Origin: Patellaria atrata CBS 101060 | Lineage: Eukaryota | Assembly: GCA_010093705.1 (NCBI GenBank) | Contig: MU006092.1 | Span: 502,623-566,622 of the forward strand | Direction of reading: 5' to 3' | DNA length: 64,000 nt | Shown here: positions 36,709 through 50,519 of the stretch, one piece after another | How positions within the stretch are numbered: the stretch's first letter is position 1 | How the letters are laid out: each line of letters opens with the position of its first letter | Translations under genes and position numbers: made by a program | Notes under the pieces: model-generated | Database searches by the model: none | What the model was told of the DNA's origin: nothing | The model's input: only the letters and a program-made list of their open reading frames with translations

Positions 36709-38901
36709 TGTGATGCTGTAGAAAACATTGGAGAGCGAATTTGGTTTAAGGAACGGCAGGTGCGAGGTGCACGATATTCTGATTGAACGTGTTTCTGTTT
36801 CTCCTCTGGTCAAATCATGAAAAGCGGATGCTTCTCAACGGTGTTTTGTGCTCCAGGTACGGGGCGACTTTGGACCAACGGTTGCGAGCGTACGACTGAG
36901 ATGCTGGTTACTTCATGCGGGTTGGGGCATGTCCGAGCTACGTTCCCCGACAGCTGTCAACCAACAGGAGTGCAGAAGTGGATAAGTATTTGAGAATTAG
37001 CAAATTGTTGTCTGGTGGAGAAGAATAATTTTTTTTTTTTTTTGGTGGAGGTTGTTGAGAGGTGAAGTTCTTCACTTAGTTCTTGAAAGTCTCAAACGAG
37101 CTTAAGTGAATGCTTGAAGATGTATGGCGGCAACCCGTTTGAGCCCTTATCTGTGAACCCCCCATTCAAAACGTCCACCTTTGCCCTGAGCACAGGTCAG
37201 AGAACGGCGGCAGACAAACGAATTCGGATTGGTGTGCCTGAGGGAGAGGCGCAATCTGTGGGTGTATGTAAGAAAGTTTAGAAAGTACAGGGCCTGTCAC
37301 CAATTGTGGCAGGCGAAAAGGTAGATCTTTGATGTCGTCTAGGGGTACGGGTACCTTTCAGTGAAGGTGGTTGTCGTGGGTGGTCGTCGTCTCGCGGCGG
37401 GTACGCGTTTTGCTTTAAAGACGCCTCTTCCCAATCTGTTTCGATGATTTTTTAAGATGAACGACCTCGAGACGGACTACACATTATCTTGCTCATCACC
37501 TCAACAGCTCCCGTCAAAACCTCCCTCGATCTCGGGCGCTTCGAGACTTTTTATTAGGTATCTCTTAGCCTCAAAGAATTCTTAATAATAAGAAGACAAG
37601 TCAAAGTTTAAAGGCCAACGAGATCTGCAACGCCGCACGAGTCATGCCATTCCTATAGTAGCTTCATCCTCGTTTACGCCATGACTATTCCGTAAATCTC
37701 GACGACGACGACCACCGGCCTGCCTTGCCCGATTTCTGTTAACTACAGGTGCTAGACTGTATCTGAGAGCGCTGAAGCAGCCATCAGGCATCCAGAGGAT
37801 AAGGTAGCGATATCAAAAACTGCTCACAGTCCTGAGAGTTGTCTGTATTCAACCGTTCGTTGATAGATACGGTAGATCAGGGGTGTTGACGAACGTTTCC
37901 CTTTGCCGTTTATCCTACCCAGCATCATCTATATATATATAACATGCCTGATTCAAGTAATACAGGTTTCAGTCATCAGAGCATTATTCTTCTCTTCCGC
38001 GTAGTTTGTCTCAAGTTACAATATCAAAGGGTTCATGTCGATAGCATGGGATTGTTGAGAAGCGTGGGAATTGATGGTGTTACCATACATACAGTAAGGT
38101 ATGCGCATAACCTTGAACTAGAATTATAAAAGCGGCTCGAGCACACGCGGACAATAAAAATGCCATGGCAAATATATATCATACCCTGTCGGATTATTAT
38201 TGTTAGAGCACACATCCACGCTACTACTGGAGTCTACTGCAAGGGACAGTTTCCATCAGCTACCTCTCCTGAGCCTCTCCAATCTATTATTTACCAGGTA
38301 TTTATTTTTCAAATTTGACAATTCCGCATCTGACAGTTCCTAATTTCCATCACTCCTGGCTTTAAACTCTATCCAACATGCCGAAATTTCCAAGTGCAGC
38401 CGTTATCATACCGTACCCCTTTTCCCCAGATTGACAGGTAAGCCGAACCGATGGAACCCCGATCGTCCGTGCTTCTCAGCTCCACAACTCCGCAGAAATT
38501 TAATCTAAGGGTATTGACGCAATCAACTTTTCGTCGAATTGATGTGCATTAGTCGCGGTCAACATATTTAACGCGCCTCACACGCGGATATCGTGAGACA
38601 ATGTCCATCCCAAGATCCGGGTCGACTTTGCTTTTTCTCGAAGGATATCAAGGATTCCCCTTTGCTGTGCAGTATCTACAGGCTATGTCCATGTCAGTAA
38701 ATCATAACTTAAAGCGCATATGCTGCAAGTCGCCAGATCTAACTGTTGCGTGAAAGATGTAAATGTGCAGTAGTGAGTCGATGTTGAGGATCCGAGGGAT
38801 CATTGCTGAAATATGTGAGGCGATCGCTCTTCCGATAATCTCCTGATTTGGTGCTTCCAAATTGAAACTGATTAGGCATGAGATTTGGTCAAACGGATCT
38901 C

Positions 38902-39989
38902 TCATGATCTCTGTCTGCTTGTGAGCCAAGGGGTATCAAGAGAGCCCTTGTTTCCAGTGGCACTGCGCCATTGCATTGAAAGTTGGCCAAGAATTATTCG
39001 ATTTTCACCAGGTTGTCGGGTGAAGTCTTCTTGGGTTGACCCTTCCTCCTGTTGCAGATAGAAGGCTACTTGGACGACGTCTCGAGAACTCAGTATCGAA
39101 GCTTTAGATGTGCTATCATCCGTTGGATTTAGATTCCAATTCAGGGGAACAGATTTGAACGGTGGTCGGGGATTTAGAGTCACTGCCTAAATGAATGTGT
39201 AAGCAGCGCTACGCCCCAAAAGTACTGTTGGTATGAATCGGTGGAGTTACCTGAAGTGATAATGGGTGCTGTGCAAGGTTCTCCAATTGCGCTTCAATTG
39301 CAAAACATTCTCTTCCAGCTTTCGACGGCAACTCCCCGACCTTAGTACGAACGCTAAGCAGCTGTTCTGCAACGAACTGATACAATTTTCGAAAAGTGCG
39401 GACACGTCCACTGGCTGCTTGCTGTCCGTTTTTCTGAGTCTCCATGTAAGTGACTGTGACCGCAAGTAAATGGCTCCCATCTTCCTTTAACCGAAAGTGT
39501 ATGATTTTCTGTAACGACTTCCCTGGATCTACGGTAGTGTAATCTGAGTCACCCATATCCAGAGGGACTCCAGCAGGATTCGATGGTGTCTGCATATCTG
39601 CGACTATCTTGACTCCGCCCAAGATTCTTGTCTCGTCCGATTTTAGGAGCTCGTTGTTGGCGCAAAGGGTACATGAGAACGTCTCTCCCACATACGCCGT
39701 TCCGAACGACTCAGGCAGATTGAACACTGGCGAAATAATGAATGGAGTCTTGACATCCCCACCAGGGTACGCTAGTGCAGCTTTTGGTGATATAGACCAT
39801 TCTTCCGATAATTGTGAGGTCGGTAGTGGATACTGGTAACCAAGAGTAGGAGTAGTGAGCCTGTCACGGATTTCTGTTAGTTGAGAGAAGGGGATGGAAG
39901 TGGACATTGCAATACCTCAGAACTTTGAGACTGACAGCATGCGGTCCCTTCAAGTTTTCTCCCGTTGAGTGCGTACGTTGATGCGCCAT
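38902..39989 (-). CDS. TRAPPC13 / DUF974 family protein, 3 exons
   Basis: HAVSLKVLRL, LPESFGTAYVGETFSCTLCANN, RTFRKLYQF, IEAQLEN, LGQLSMQWRS. Confidence 0.88.
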
Positions 39990-40165
39990 GAGGGACTGGG
40001 AATACTGACTGCGAAGTGAAGGGAGTTGACTGATGCTGGTTGGTCCAAGCTCTTCCTACATAAAACTTTCAAAAACGCCTTACCGTAAGAATATACGTGC
40101 CTTTAGGTAGTCATGGAAAACCCCACTATCCCCATTTTTCGCAGCTAATTACAAAGAATCAACAT

Positions 40166-40821
40166 ATGATGGGACTCATTCTAGAGCTACGGGAACAAGA
40201 AGCTATTTCACTTGAGCGATCTCGCGATATTGTCCTCCTCCTAAACACCCCTAAAGGCAAGTAACTTGTTAAGTGACATGATATGTACATCAGCAAATGT
40301 TTCTCACCACAGGCTATAGGACGAGGAGTCTTCGCTGCGCGTGATATAGCTGCAAATATCATAATCGATACGTGTCCCGTCCTAGTATTGGATCCTGTGG
40401 AGAATAAAGAGCATGTAGAGAAAACGTCGTTATTCCATTATACTTAGTAAGATGCATCACAATATCTTCAAGCGGATTGGTTTGACTCTCATAGCAACTG
40501 GCCTTATATTTGTACAGATGGTAAGGCTACAACATCTCAAGCTGTTGTCTTAGGTCTCGGGTCAATGTTCAACCATGCTGTTGACCAAAACGTTGGTTGG
40601 AAACGAGATGTTGCTCAGCAGCTAGTGACATACAGAACCTTAAGACCAGTTAAAGCTGGCGAGGAGCTCTGTGAGTATACTGTACATCTCCTGGTTCATA
40701 CTAATACTGGTAAGGCATATCATACGGAGCAAGGCTCACCTTTAAGGACGTAGATGCAATAACGTCTGATATTGCGGAAGAAGCCGATGATCTGCTGAGT
40801 AGAATAGAGATAGGCCAATAA
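40166..40821 (+). CDS. Small SET-domain methyltransferase (S. pombe Set7-like), 4 exons
   Basis: Spliced PKGRGVFAARDI, HYTYNWP, LGLGSMFNH, GEELCISYG; mostly missed by the ORF track. Confidence 0.85.
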
Positions 40822-41041
40822 ACTTGGTTTATGCACCATCGAAAACAAAAGAAGCACTCTCAATACTCCCATGTTCACCGCACTAGAATACCCGGGGATC
40901 TATAAGTGTAGCCACCTTCTAACCGTCTATGTGGGTGTAGTCGTACAGTATTTTTAACCAAAACACCGTGCCACCGCTCTAGCAAGAGAAAAATGAGATG
41001 TCGTTGGGCCAAAGAGATGTTCAGTATCGTAAACCTCGACT

Positions 41042-42851
41042 TCAGGCCCTCAGCTCGACTTTTTCGTCTTCGTCGGTTGAACTTTCATCTTCCTCCGCCT
41101 CTTCCGCATCGTTTCGAAGCTCATACGCAAGCTCAAAGCACTCTTCGAGCAGCTGTGTCACAGCGCCTTGTCCATCGGGAATGTCTTCTCCGATCATAAA
41201 CTTTCCGTCGACTCTCATGTTATCGATCGAGTTCAACTAGCATGCATCAGTTTCACGGTTTCCGTATTATAAAAGGTAGGTTTTTTCACCTTCATACTAT
41301 AGGGGTAAAGTTCTCGAGGAGACGAGACTCCTCCATCCTTCTTGACTTCTATGAGACATCGTCTCAAGGTAAGGAGTTGATTGTATATTGGCAGCAGCGC
41401 TTCTGAGACTGGCTCTGATGAAATAATTAGATGATAGATCAAGGCATAGCTCTTTCTCAGCAAATAAAGCAGAGTCTAAGATCTAATTAGCTTGCGTAGT
41501 TCGAGGTATCATTCGATCGATACTTACTCGTTGAGTGTGTAGATTCGACTTATTTCCCTCGGCATCTACAAAATTCCCATCTAGAGCACGCGCTTCATCT
41601 ATTCTATCGAGCTGACGTTGATAGCTATACAGATCAGTCTCGCGTAGCGACCATGCTTGGGTCAGTTGTAGTCTTTCGAGAGTATTTCGGATATTCATTA
41701 AGCGTCTGTAGACATCCTCGAATCCTTCTTCGATTTTTCCCTGTCTTCTCCATCGTTAGTAGGCGAATAGTGCAACGGGCAAGCCAAGGTCTTACTTCTT
41801 CAGTACTATTTCAGCCCACAGAAGGCACCGTTCTAGAAGGTCATCGACAAGCTTCTCGGCGGAAGGCGTGGGGGTGTCTTCCATTTTAATACGCTCGATG
41901 TAGTGTTCCACACGCTCTTTCAGAGTGTTTTCATCCTCATGTTTCGGTTTTTTCTCATTGTTGAGCTTTGCCTGAATTTCCTTCAACTGATTTTGAAGGT
42001 CTTTGACATCGTCTTCAGGAAACTGTGGAGCAATTAACCTTTCAGCGCCGCTAAAGCGACGGCATGTGAGAAATACCTTTGACCTTGTATTACAAGCAGA
42101 TAAACACCTCAGTATGGAAACGAGCTTTTCGTACGTAGGACTTAGTTCTGAGGTCATCGAAGAAATCTTCTGTTGTAGTTCGGATAATATGTTTTGGCAG
42201 ACCTCAATTCGGGTTTCTAATAGAGTGAGGAGATGCGGACTATAATGATCACAACGGGTTATGCACTCGCGATACTTCTGCAGCGTGCCATCCAGTCCAG
42301 CGAGATCTTTGGGGGTAAAAAAATTGGCTTCTTTTAGATGGTCAAGCAGGCGCTATCGGAATCAGCACATTTCCATCTGGTATGATGGTTGACTATACCT
42401 TCATCGTTGATAACGCTGAGTATCTGCAAAAAAGGGTCAGCGTGAAATCAACAAAGATGCAAGGATTTGGTAAGAGGTTATTACACAGCTGGAGCTTCTG
42501 CATTTTTCCCTATGGTCAGGAATGCTAGCGATATGAGCTGAAAGCAATCATCAAGAACTGTATCAACTGTTATACAACCAAGTCAGCTTGGTTGATAAAC
42601 CATGAGGTCCCGGTAGCCATCTCAACAATCTCACCTCGAGTTTGTTCAGTGCGTTTATGAGTTCGTAGATCGTTTAGAGCAGCGGTATTTTCTATCACCT
42701 GGTTGTATAGATCTATGACATCTTGCGATTTCACGTAGGTTGATTTGTCCTGCTTCAGCAACTCCAAGTTCGTCCGGATTTCTAGCAAACGATCAAGGAT
42801 GGGCTTTTCTTTCTCGTCAAGAGGCGCGCGAGCGAACGGAGAGTCGGTCAT
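41042..42851 (-). CDS. UPF0662/DUF2408 protein (yeast Cub1/YPL260W-like), multi-exon
   Basis: LLKQDKSTYVKSQDV, AWSLRETDLYSYQRQL, SSEPVSEALLPIYNQL, RELYPYSMKL. Confidence 0.85.
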
Positions 42852-43271
42852 GATATCACTAGACTTCAGAGGTTGAAAAGTACTTTCGATGTGGATAGCA
42901 ACTCGCTCTGATATCCTTTAATAACGTGATTTCTCAAGGATAGCTGATCTGTTTAGAGGGCGGAAGTGACGTCTCTTGGTGTTAATCAAATTGGCGGAGG
43001 GCAAGAGGGAACCGAGCGATCTGCAAACTGTGGGGCAAGGCGCCGAGTGCCACCGCCTTTACACCCCTGGCAGGCGGGGCTTATGGATGAGTAATCAGTC
43101 ACGTGTCTCTATGCTTCTCGCGTAATGCACTCCGGTCTTAGTTTCCCCGTTCCGAGCCTCGCCAAGTCCACACATATCCAAGAAAACTAGAACAGCCAGT
43201 ATCTCCAGCGCCTCAGAGATACAGACTTCCGAACGTTAACATCACGAATCCTCCTACGAAGTTCCGAAAAC

Positions 43272-43771
43272 ATGTCTAACGCCGAGTTGGCCACATCCTA
43301 TGCCGCACTCATCCTCGCGGATGATGGTGTGGAGATCACCGTGTGTTTATAACATATCTGGCTTCCATGAACCTTAACTAATCGAAAAGTAGGCAGACAA
43401 GTTAAATACTATAATAAAGGCCGCTGGCGTTACAGATGTCGAGCCAATCTGGACCACTCTCTTTGCGAAGGTACTTCAATGGTACTTCAGACGTCGTTCC
43501 CCTACGCGACTCTAACATATGGAATAAATAGGCACTCGAGGGAAAGGACGTCAAAGACCTCTTGTTGAACGTTGGGTCAGGGGGTGGAGCTGCTGCGGCA
43601 TCTACTGGTGGTGCTCCCGGTGCAGCGCCTGAAGCAGTTGCGGATGAGAAACCCGCAGAAAAGGAAGAGGGTAGATGACCCCGTTCTCCTTTGAGTTATA
43701 CCTCACTAACGAATCGCGCTGTAGAGAAAGAAGAGTCCGACGAGGACATGGGCTTCGGTCTTTTCGACTAA
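43272..43771 (+). CDS. RPP1: 60S acidic ribosomal protein P1, 4 exons
   Basis: Not in the ORF track. Spliced [27 protein letters not shown]...[30 protein letters not shown].../[13 protein letters not shown]. Confidence 0.97.
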
Positions 43772-44688
43772 AAGTCTCAAATTCTCAGTCTCTGTGTTAT
43801 ATTGCATTTGGCCTGAGCCGGCGTCTTTCTGGTGGATTAGGGTCACAATCAAACTCTAGATCACAGCCAACTTTGGCATTTATCACCATACTCGAAATGC
43901 GAACTGTGTGCATCTTGAATCTCGGTATCACCACTCTAGAGCGCAGTGATTGAACGACAATTCCAGACGATATTGAGATATCTGAGAACCAAATATGCAG
44001 GACTTTCTGAACGAAGCATAACTTTATTAAATCCTTTATTCATCCACCATGCATTCGAATACTGCTCCTCCCCTCCCTCACCGCACTACACTGGCGTAAT
44101 AGTACTTTTGGATGTCTCCTTAATCGGTTGACGACTTCTCTTCATCTCTCCACTCGCATACTCTGGTCTAACGTAACTTTCGACTCACAGAAGATATGAT
44201 TTAATCTATAGGATTGTTGTAGTACTTGTCTCTCACCTGAATGACGCGAATCGTCTTATCTGTAATAGAACTATTCATGGCTCCGCACTCCAGCTAACAA
44301 TTGACCAAAACCTAAGTATGAATCCATTTCTTGTTCGTCCGCAAACTCCTCCGAGCCACTGGTCATTAAGAGGAAAAAGTACAGTGGCTTATGAGACAGT
44401 GAGTAGATCTGATATTGTCTCGGATCCGTGACTCCGTGAGATCCGTTGGACCTTGGCGGGTCGCGTAATAATTCCCCGGATTTCTCTGTAGTCGTTCGTC
44501 TGCACCAATCGGCGCGCTGCTAATCAAGAATTTCTTATAAGTGCCCTAGAACTACGGAGTTGTAAAGGAATCTCCGAACTTTTATATAAGTTTCGCAGAG
44601 CGCGCGATTACTTCAGGACCATTTTGCCTCCGCAGTCCCTCATCTCTTCAATCCACAACGGTGGAGGAGACTGAATCGATCACTGAGT

Positions 44689-47276
44689 ATGGTGCGGCTT
44701 CCAAAGATTCGACCGGGTCGCAGCCCGTACGCTGCTGTCAGTAAAACTTATTAACACTCCAATCTTTTATGAACTTCTGCTAATCTTCGCTCAGACCGGT
44801 AGACTAACCTCCGTACCATGTCAATCCATCCAAAGAAGACATCTTGCGATCGCGCAAGAGACAACGCCGAGCGCACAGTCTGATGTCGCATCCCGAACAC
44901 CTCCATACCCAAAACTTCTCAAACGGCTTCAAGAGGTCAGGCGAGTTCTCGGTTCGTCGAGGCAATTGACCCTCGCAGAGAAAATTCTATATTCTCATCT
45001 AGAAAGTCCCGAGGAATCTCTCCTCACAAACACACAAAATGGCACAACGATACGCGGAGTCGCAAATCTTAAGCTCAAACCAGATAGAGTGGCAATGCAG
45101 GATGCATCTGCACAAATGGCCTTGTTGCAGTTCATGTCTTGCGGCCTTCCAACCACTGCTGTCCCTGCGAGCATACATTGCGATCATATGATCGTTGGTG
45201 AGAAGGGTGCAGATACGGATTTGCCAGCGTCAATAGAGGGAAACAAGGAGGTTTTCGATTTCTTAGAATCCGCAGCTAAGAAGTATGGCATTGAGTTTTG
45301 GCCGCCTGGAGCTGGTATCATTCATCAGAATGTGCTGGAAAACTATTCCGCTCCTGGCCTGATGATGTTGGGAACAGATAGCCATACACCTAATGCTGGC
45401 GGGCTCGGCGCTATCGCCATTGGAGTCGGAGGTGCGGATGCTGTTGATGCTCTTGTCGATGCTCCCTGGGAATTGAAGGCCCCAAAAATTCTCGGTGTTA
45501 GGCTAGAAGGAGAATTGAATGGGTGGGCTTCACCAAAGGACGTGATATTGACTCTCGCAGGGCAGCTCACTGTCAGGGTAAGCTAGAAGCCCTGGAATAT
45601 TAGGCAGGTTCTATAATACTCACGTGTCTCCCTAGGGCGGTACTGGATTCATCATTGAATATTTCGGCCCAGGTGTCGAAAGTTTGAGCTGCACCGGAAT
45701 GGCGACAATTTGCAACATGGGTGCTGAGGTCGGCGCAACAACCTCGCTGTTCCCCTTCTCCCCTGGACACGTTCCTTATCTCAAGGCTACACATCGTGGA
45801 TCAATAGCTTCCGCAGCTGCTGGTATTGCATCTTCACCATATCAACAAAACTTACTTCGATCTGATCCGGAGGCGGAATACGACAAAGTGATTACAATCG
45901 ATCTATCTACCCTTGAACCGCACATCAATGGTCCTTTCACGCCAGACTTCTCTACTCCCTTATCCAAGTTCTCCGAGGTAGTAGAATCGAAAGAATGGCC
46001 GAAAACTCTTGGGGCTGGGCTAATAGGAAGTTGCACGAACAGCTCTTACCAAGACATGACTCGTGCAGAAGATTTAGTGAAACAGGCATCCGCTGCAGGA
46101 CTTTCCCCAAAAGCAGACTTCTTCATTACCCCAGGAAGCGAACAGATTCGAGCTACCCTCGAGCGCGATGAAACCCTTTCGACATTCTCCTCCGCAGGTG
46201 GAGTTGTACTTGCTAACGCGTGTGGTCCATGCATTGGTCAATGGAAGCGCACCGATGGAGTTCCTAAGGGTGAATCGAACGCTATATTAACGTCCTATAA
46301 CCGTAACTTTCCGGCCAGAAATGATGGTAACCGTGCTACCATGAACTTCCTCGCCTCTCCCGAGATTGTCACTGCAATGTCATACGCAGGATCTACAACC
46401 TTCAATCCAATGACCGATTCCCTCCCCACGCCTTCTGGTGAACTCTTCCGCTTCTCCCCTCCCAAGGGCTTTGAGCTACCAAGCCGTGGGTTTCTCGAAG
46501 GGAACCCAGCATTCCTGCCCTCCAAGGGCGTAGCAGATCCCACAGTGGAAGTTGTGGTGTCACCAACATCAGACCGGCTCGCTCTTCTGGAACCTTTCGC
46601 TCCATTCCAGCGATCCGAGCTGAAAGGTCTCCAGGTACTGTACAAAGTTAAGGGGCAATGTACGACCGATACCATTTCCGCTGCGGGACCTTGGTTGAAG
46701 TATAAGGGCCATCTTCCTAACATTTCCGAGAATACACTTATTGGTGCTGTAAACGCGGAGACTGGAGAAACAAACGTCGCCTACGACGTCGACGGGTCTC
46801 AAAGTTCAATCCCAGAGCTAGCGAAGAAGTGGAAAGCACAAGGAAAAGAATGGCTCGTCGTTGCGGAAAATAACTACGGCGAAGGCAGTGCACGTGAGCA
46901 TGCAGCACTTCAACCAAGATACCTTGGAGGCCGAATCATCCTCGCAAAAAGCTTTGCTAGAATTCATGAGACGAATTTGAAGAAGCAAGGTGTTGTCCCT
47001 CTCACATTTGCCAACGAGTCAGACTATGATCTTATCAAGGCCTGCGATGAGGTAGAGACAAGAGGGTTGTTGAACACCCTTGAGTCAGGAGGAAAGGGTG
47101 AAGTTGAACTTATTGTCAAGAGTAGAGATGGAAAGGAGACAGTCGTTAAGACGAAGCATACGCTCAGTGTTGATCAATGTAGCTTCATCCTCGCGGGAAG
47201 TGCGCTGAACCTACTAGCTATCAAAGCAAGAGAACAAAAGGAAGAGATTGTACGGGGAGCAGAGCTGACTGATTGA
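44689..47276 (+). CDS. ACO2: Mitochondrial aconitase-family enzyme, Aco2/AcoB (homocitrate dehydratase) type, 3 exons
   Basis: [45 protein letters not shown]. Subtype is inferred from the RTPPY N-terminus and SAQ/SAREH variants. Confidence 0.88.
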
Positions 47277-47870
47277 AGGACATCTCGCATTTGAGCATTT
47301 ACGGCGTAAAGGAGTTCACTCGCAGTGATACTTTACAGTAAGGTATAGTCGGCGCTTTCGTCGAGGCTACTCGTATTAAAACGCTAGTTATACTAGGTAA
47401 AACTTATATATCTTTAAAGTTAAGAACTTAAGCTTTCCAATATATTTAAAATAATAATAATAGCGATGAAATCAAGATAGTTATACTAATTTAAAGTCAT
47501 TAAAAAAAAGTTAAAAACTTTCGAGGACTGTGAGGGACTGAGGGGACAGGATAGTAGAGATCCTCACCAGATATCTCATGAAAGGCTATTTCGAATCACA
47601 GTATGCAGTAAGGCTGAATGTACAGACAACAGCGTATAATGAGTAGAGAGTAGTAATGATGATGAATCCCCTTTTTTTCCCTTGATGTTCCCATGCCAAC
47701 CTAATATCTGTGACCCCTTTTTCCTGGCTCCCCCTTTCCCATCAGTATGACACACTGCCCCATGACAGTACCTGCAAACCTGGAACTATAGATCCTCAGA
47801 CATCCTGAGGGAAACAGTCACAACATTACTGCTCTATATAATGGATATCAGCAGAGACACTTCTAATTCT

Positions 47871-47957
47871 GGCGGCATGGTAGTGGTTTATGATTTCCTT
47901 TGACATATATCCTTCAGTCAAATTTCTAAGTCTTTAGTTCGAGCCCCGCCTCCGCCA
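47871..47957 (+). pseudogene. Degenerate tRNA-like sequence
   Basis: GGCGG...CCGCCA ends, A-box-like TGGTAGTGG, B-box GTTCGAGCC and a downstream T-rich tract; the T stem does not pair. Confidence 0.5.
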
Positions 47958-48567
47958 GAATGTAAAGTTAAATGCGTTCGCCGGGTTAACTTTCCCTCTA
48001 TGGAGCTTTTCTTTTACTTTTCTTTTTTCTTACCTTTACCTTCTTTTATTTACTTGAAGGAATAGGTATATTTCCTTTTAGATTTTCATCTTCAGCATTA
48101 ACTGTTACTTGAAAATCCTTAGAGGATTTAAGTAGGTTAATCATTTTAGTAAACTCTCAAAAAGCGTCTGAGCACCTGAGATAAGGGTATCTGGGGAATC
48201 GAATAGTATTTGTTTATGTATATGGACTCTAACCAGGAATATAGGCCTCTGACATAGAAAGAATATGCGTCAATTGAAGATCTATAGCTACCTTTAATTA
48301 TAAAGTGTTGGAACACAAAACAGTAATGAGGTGTGCCAACTCTCCAACCCCGCCATGGAATCTAGGTCTACTTTCATACCTTAGAAACATCACAGGGGGT
48401 ATCTAATTCTATCCGCAGCGTAATACAATAACAGCTTAGCAACCAAATTCACAAAATATATCAATGGACTACTAGAAGCAACGCCAAACGAGTGCAGTTC
48501 GACCATAAGCCTAAGGTACTCTACTCCCAGCTAGAGAGACCATCCTGAACCACCTTGCTAGTCAGCG

Positions 48568-50380
48568 ATGCCAGTCCGTAACCCCTCATGAGTGATACTC
48601 AATTTCCAATCATCCGCAAACCTGCGTATGAGTTCAACTACTGACAGACCTGACATCTTATAGCCACCCTCGGAGACAATTCCTGTCAGTGGTCAATGGC
48701 CAGTAGATCCACAGCAAGATGTTCCCATCTCTGAGGACCGCATCTGGATCGATGGTTGCTTCGACTTCGCCCACCATGGTACGATCTTCTTAAGAGCCTC
48801 TATAAGGAAATTTGGAAGGTAGTGAATGTGCTAATGGGCATATCAGGACATGCCGGCGCTATGCTTCAAGCTAGACGCCTTGGGACCGAATTGCTCGTCG
48901 GAGTTCATTCTGATGAAGCTATCCTCGATAACAAAGGCCCGACAGTGATGAACTTGAAGGAGAGGTAAACTCATAATTCCCACACCCTCCTCATACTATT
49001 GCTAACCTAGACTGTATCTAGAGTCGCCGCTGTAGACGCCTGTCGATGGGCTACTAAATCTATACCCCACGCACCTTACGTCACATCCTTACCGTGGATA
49101 TCACACTATGGCTGTCAATACGTGGTACATGGGGATGATATTACGTCTGACAGCAGTGGAGAGGACTGTTACCGTTTCGTTAAAGCCGCAGGACGCTTCA
49201 AGGTGGTCAAGCGCACACCGGGAATTTCAACGACCGACCTCGTTGGTCGCATGCTCCTATGCACAAAGTCTCACTTTATTAAGTCCCTGGACAATGTCTT
49301 ATTAGGTAATGAAGGCTCCGGAAGCGAAGATGAACGGAAGGCGACAGGGAAAGAAATGAGACAGCGGATTGTGGATTATGCTACCGATGAGACCGGCCAC
49401 AACCCTGGGTCTGAAGTATGGAGCTGGCATATATCCCCAGAAGCACGACAAAGACGTCCCTCCGCCGCAGCGAGGGAAAGGCATTTGGCGCGTCGAACTT
49501 CCTCCTATACATCGACCCTTGGGAAAATGAATATAACCTCTCCACCTTCACCCACTTCCTCCTCTTCGGGGGCTGCCCAGTCCCCGAAGATACACGACGA
49601 CCCCGGATCCTTTCATCAAATGGTCTTAGGCAAGGGACCTCGGAAGGGCCAACGCATCGTGTACGTAGACGGAGGATTTGACCTATTCTCCTCAGGTCAC
49701 ATCGCATTCTTACGCTCCGTCGTTGACCTCGAAGAAGCGGAGGGCAAGAAAAACGGCTGGTACACTGACGAAAAGATCCGCGAGCGCATCTCCGAAACAG
49801 GGGAAAACTACGGCCCTGCATACATTCTCGCCGGCGTGCACGAAGATGAAGTGATCAACTACTGGAAGGGCGTAAACTACCCCATCATGAACATCTTCGA
49901 GAGGGGCCTGTGCGTCTTGCAGTGTAAAGTAAGTCTCACGCACCCACCAAACACCAACCCTACATCTATCTTTCCCTATAGACAACCCCATTAACACTAA
50001 TCCAGTACATCAACGCGCTCATTTTCGGCGCCCCCTTCACCCCCACCCCCACCTTCCTCCGCACCCTCCCCCACGGCCTCCCCGCAGCCCTCTACCACGG
50101 CCCCACCGCTTTCATGCCCCTCACCTACGACCCCTATACCCACGCCAAGGAACTCGCCATCTTCTGCGAAGTGCCTCAGCACGACTTCCAGCACGTCAAT
50201 GCCGGCGAAATCGTCGACAGGATCTTGAAGTCCAGAGCCGCGTACGAGGCGCGCCAGCGGGCGAAGGGGGAGAAGGCCGTTGGGGAGGAGGCGCAGAAGA
50301 GGAGGGAACGGGAACGGGAGGAGCAGGAAAGGGAGCGCGCGAGGATGTGGAAGGAGGTTGAGGGTATGTTTGGGGGGTGA
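48568..50380 (+). CDS. ECT1: Ethanolamine-phosphate cytidylyltransferase; start codon uncertain
   Basis: Two CT domains: WIDGCFDFAHHGH, VVHGDD, RTPGISTT; YVDGGFDLFSSGH, YPIMNIFER. Confidence 0.92.
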
Positions 50381-50519
50381 TGGGTGGGATTGTCGGGATC
50401 AAGGCCATCAGCAGCAGAAGCCGTGCGAGATTGTATATATTACTAAGAAAAATAACGCCCATCTCATCTATCTAACCCCAGTCCCCGAAAGAAGCAAACA
50501 CTATGCTGCCCCATGACTC

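Noticed and set aside
36720..38900. 2.2-kb region with no gene call
   Set aside because: Only short ORFs, a T run and scattered splice-like sites; consistent with the DENN 5' UTR and promoter. A small gene cannot be excluded.
30858..40821. Two SET genes within 10 kb as a cluster, likewise the two cytidylyltransferase-fold genes POF1 and ECT1
   Set aside because: Different subfamilies with no visible similarity beyond core motifs, separated by unrelated genes.
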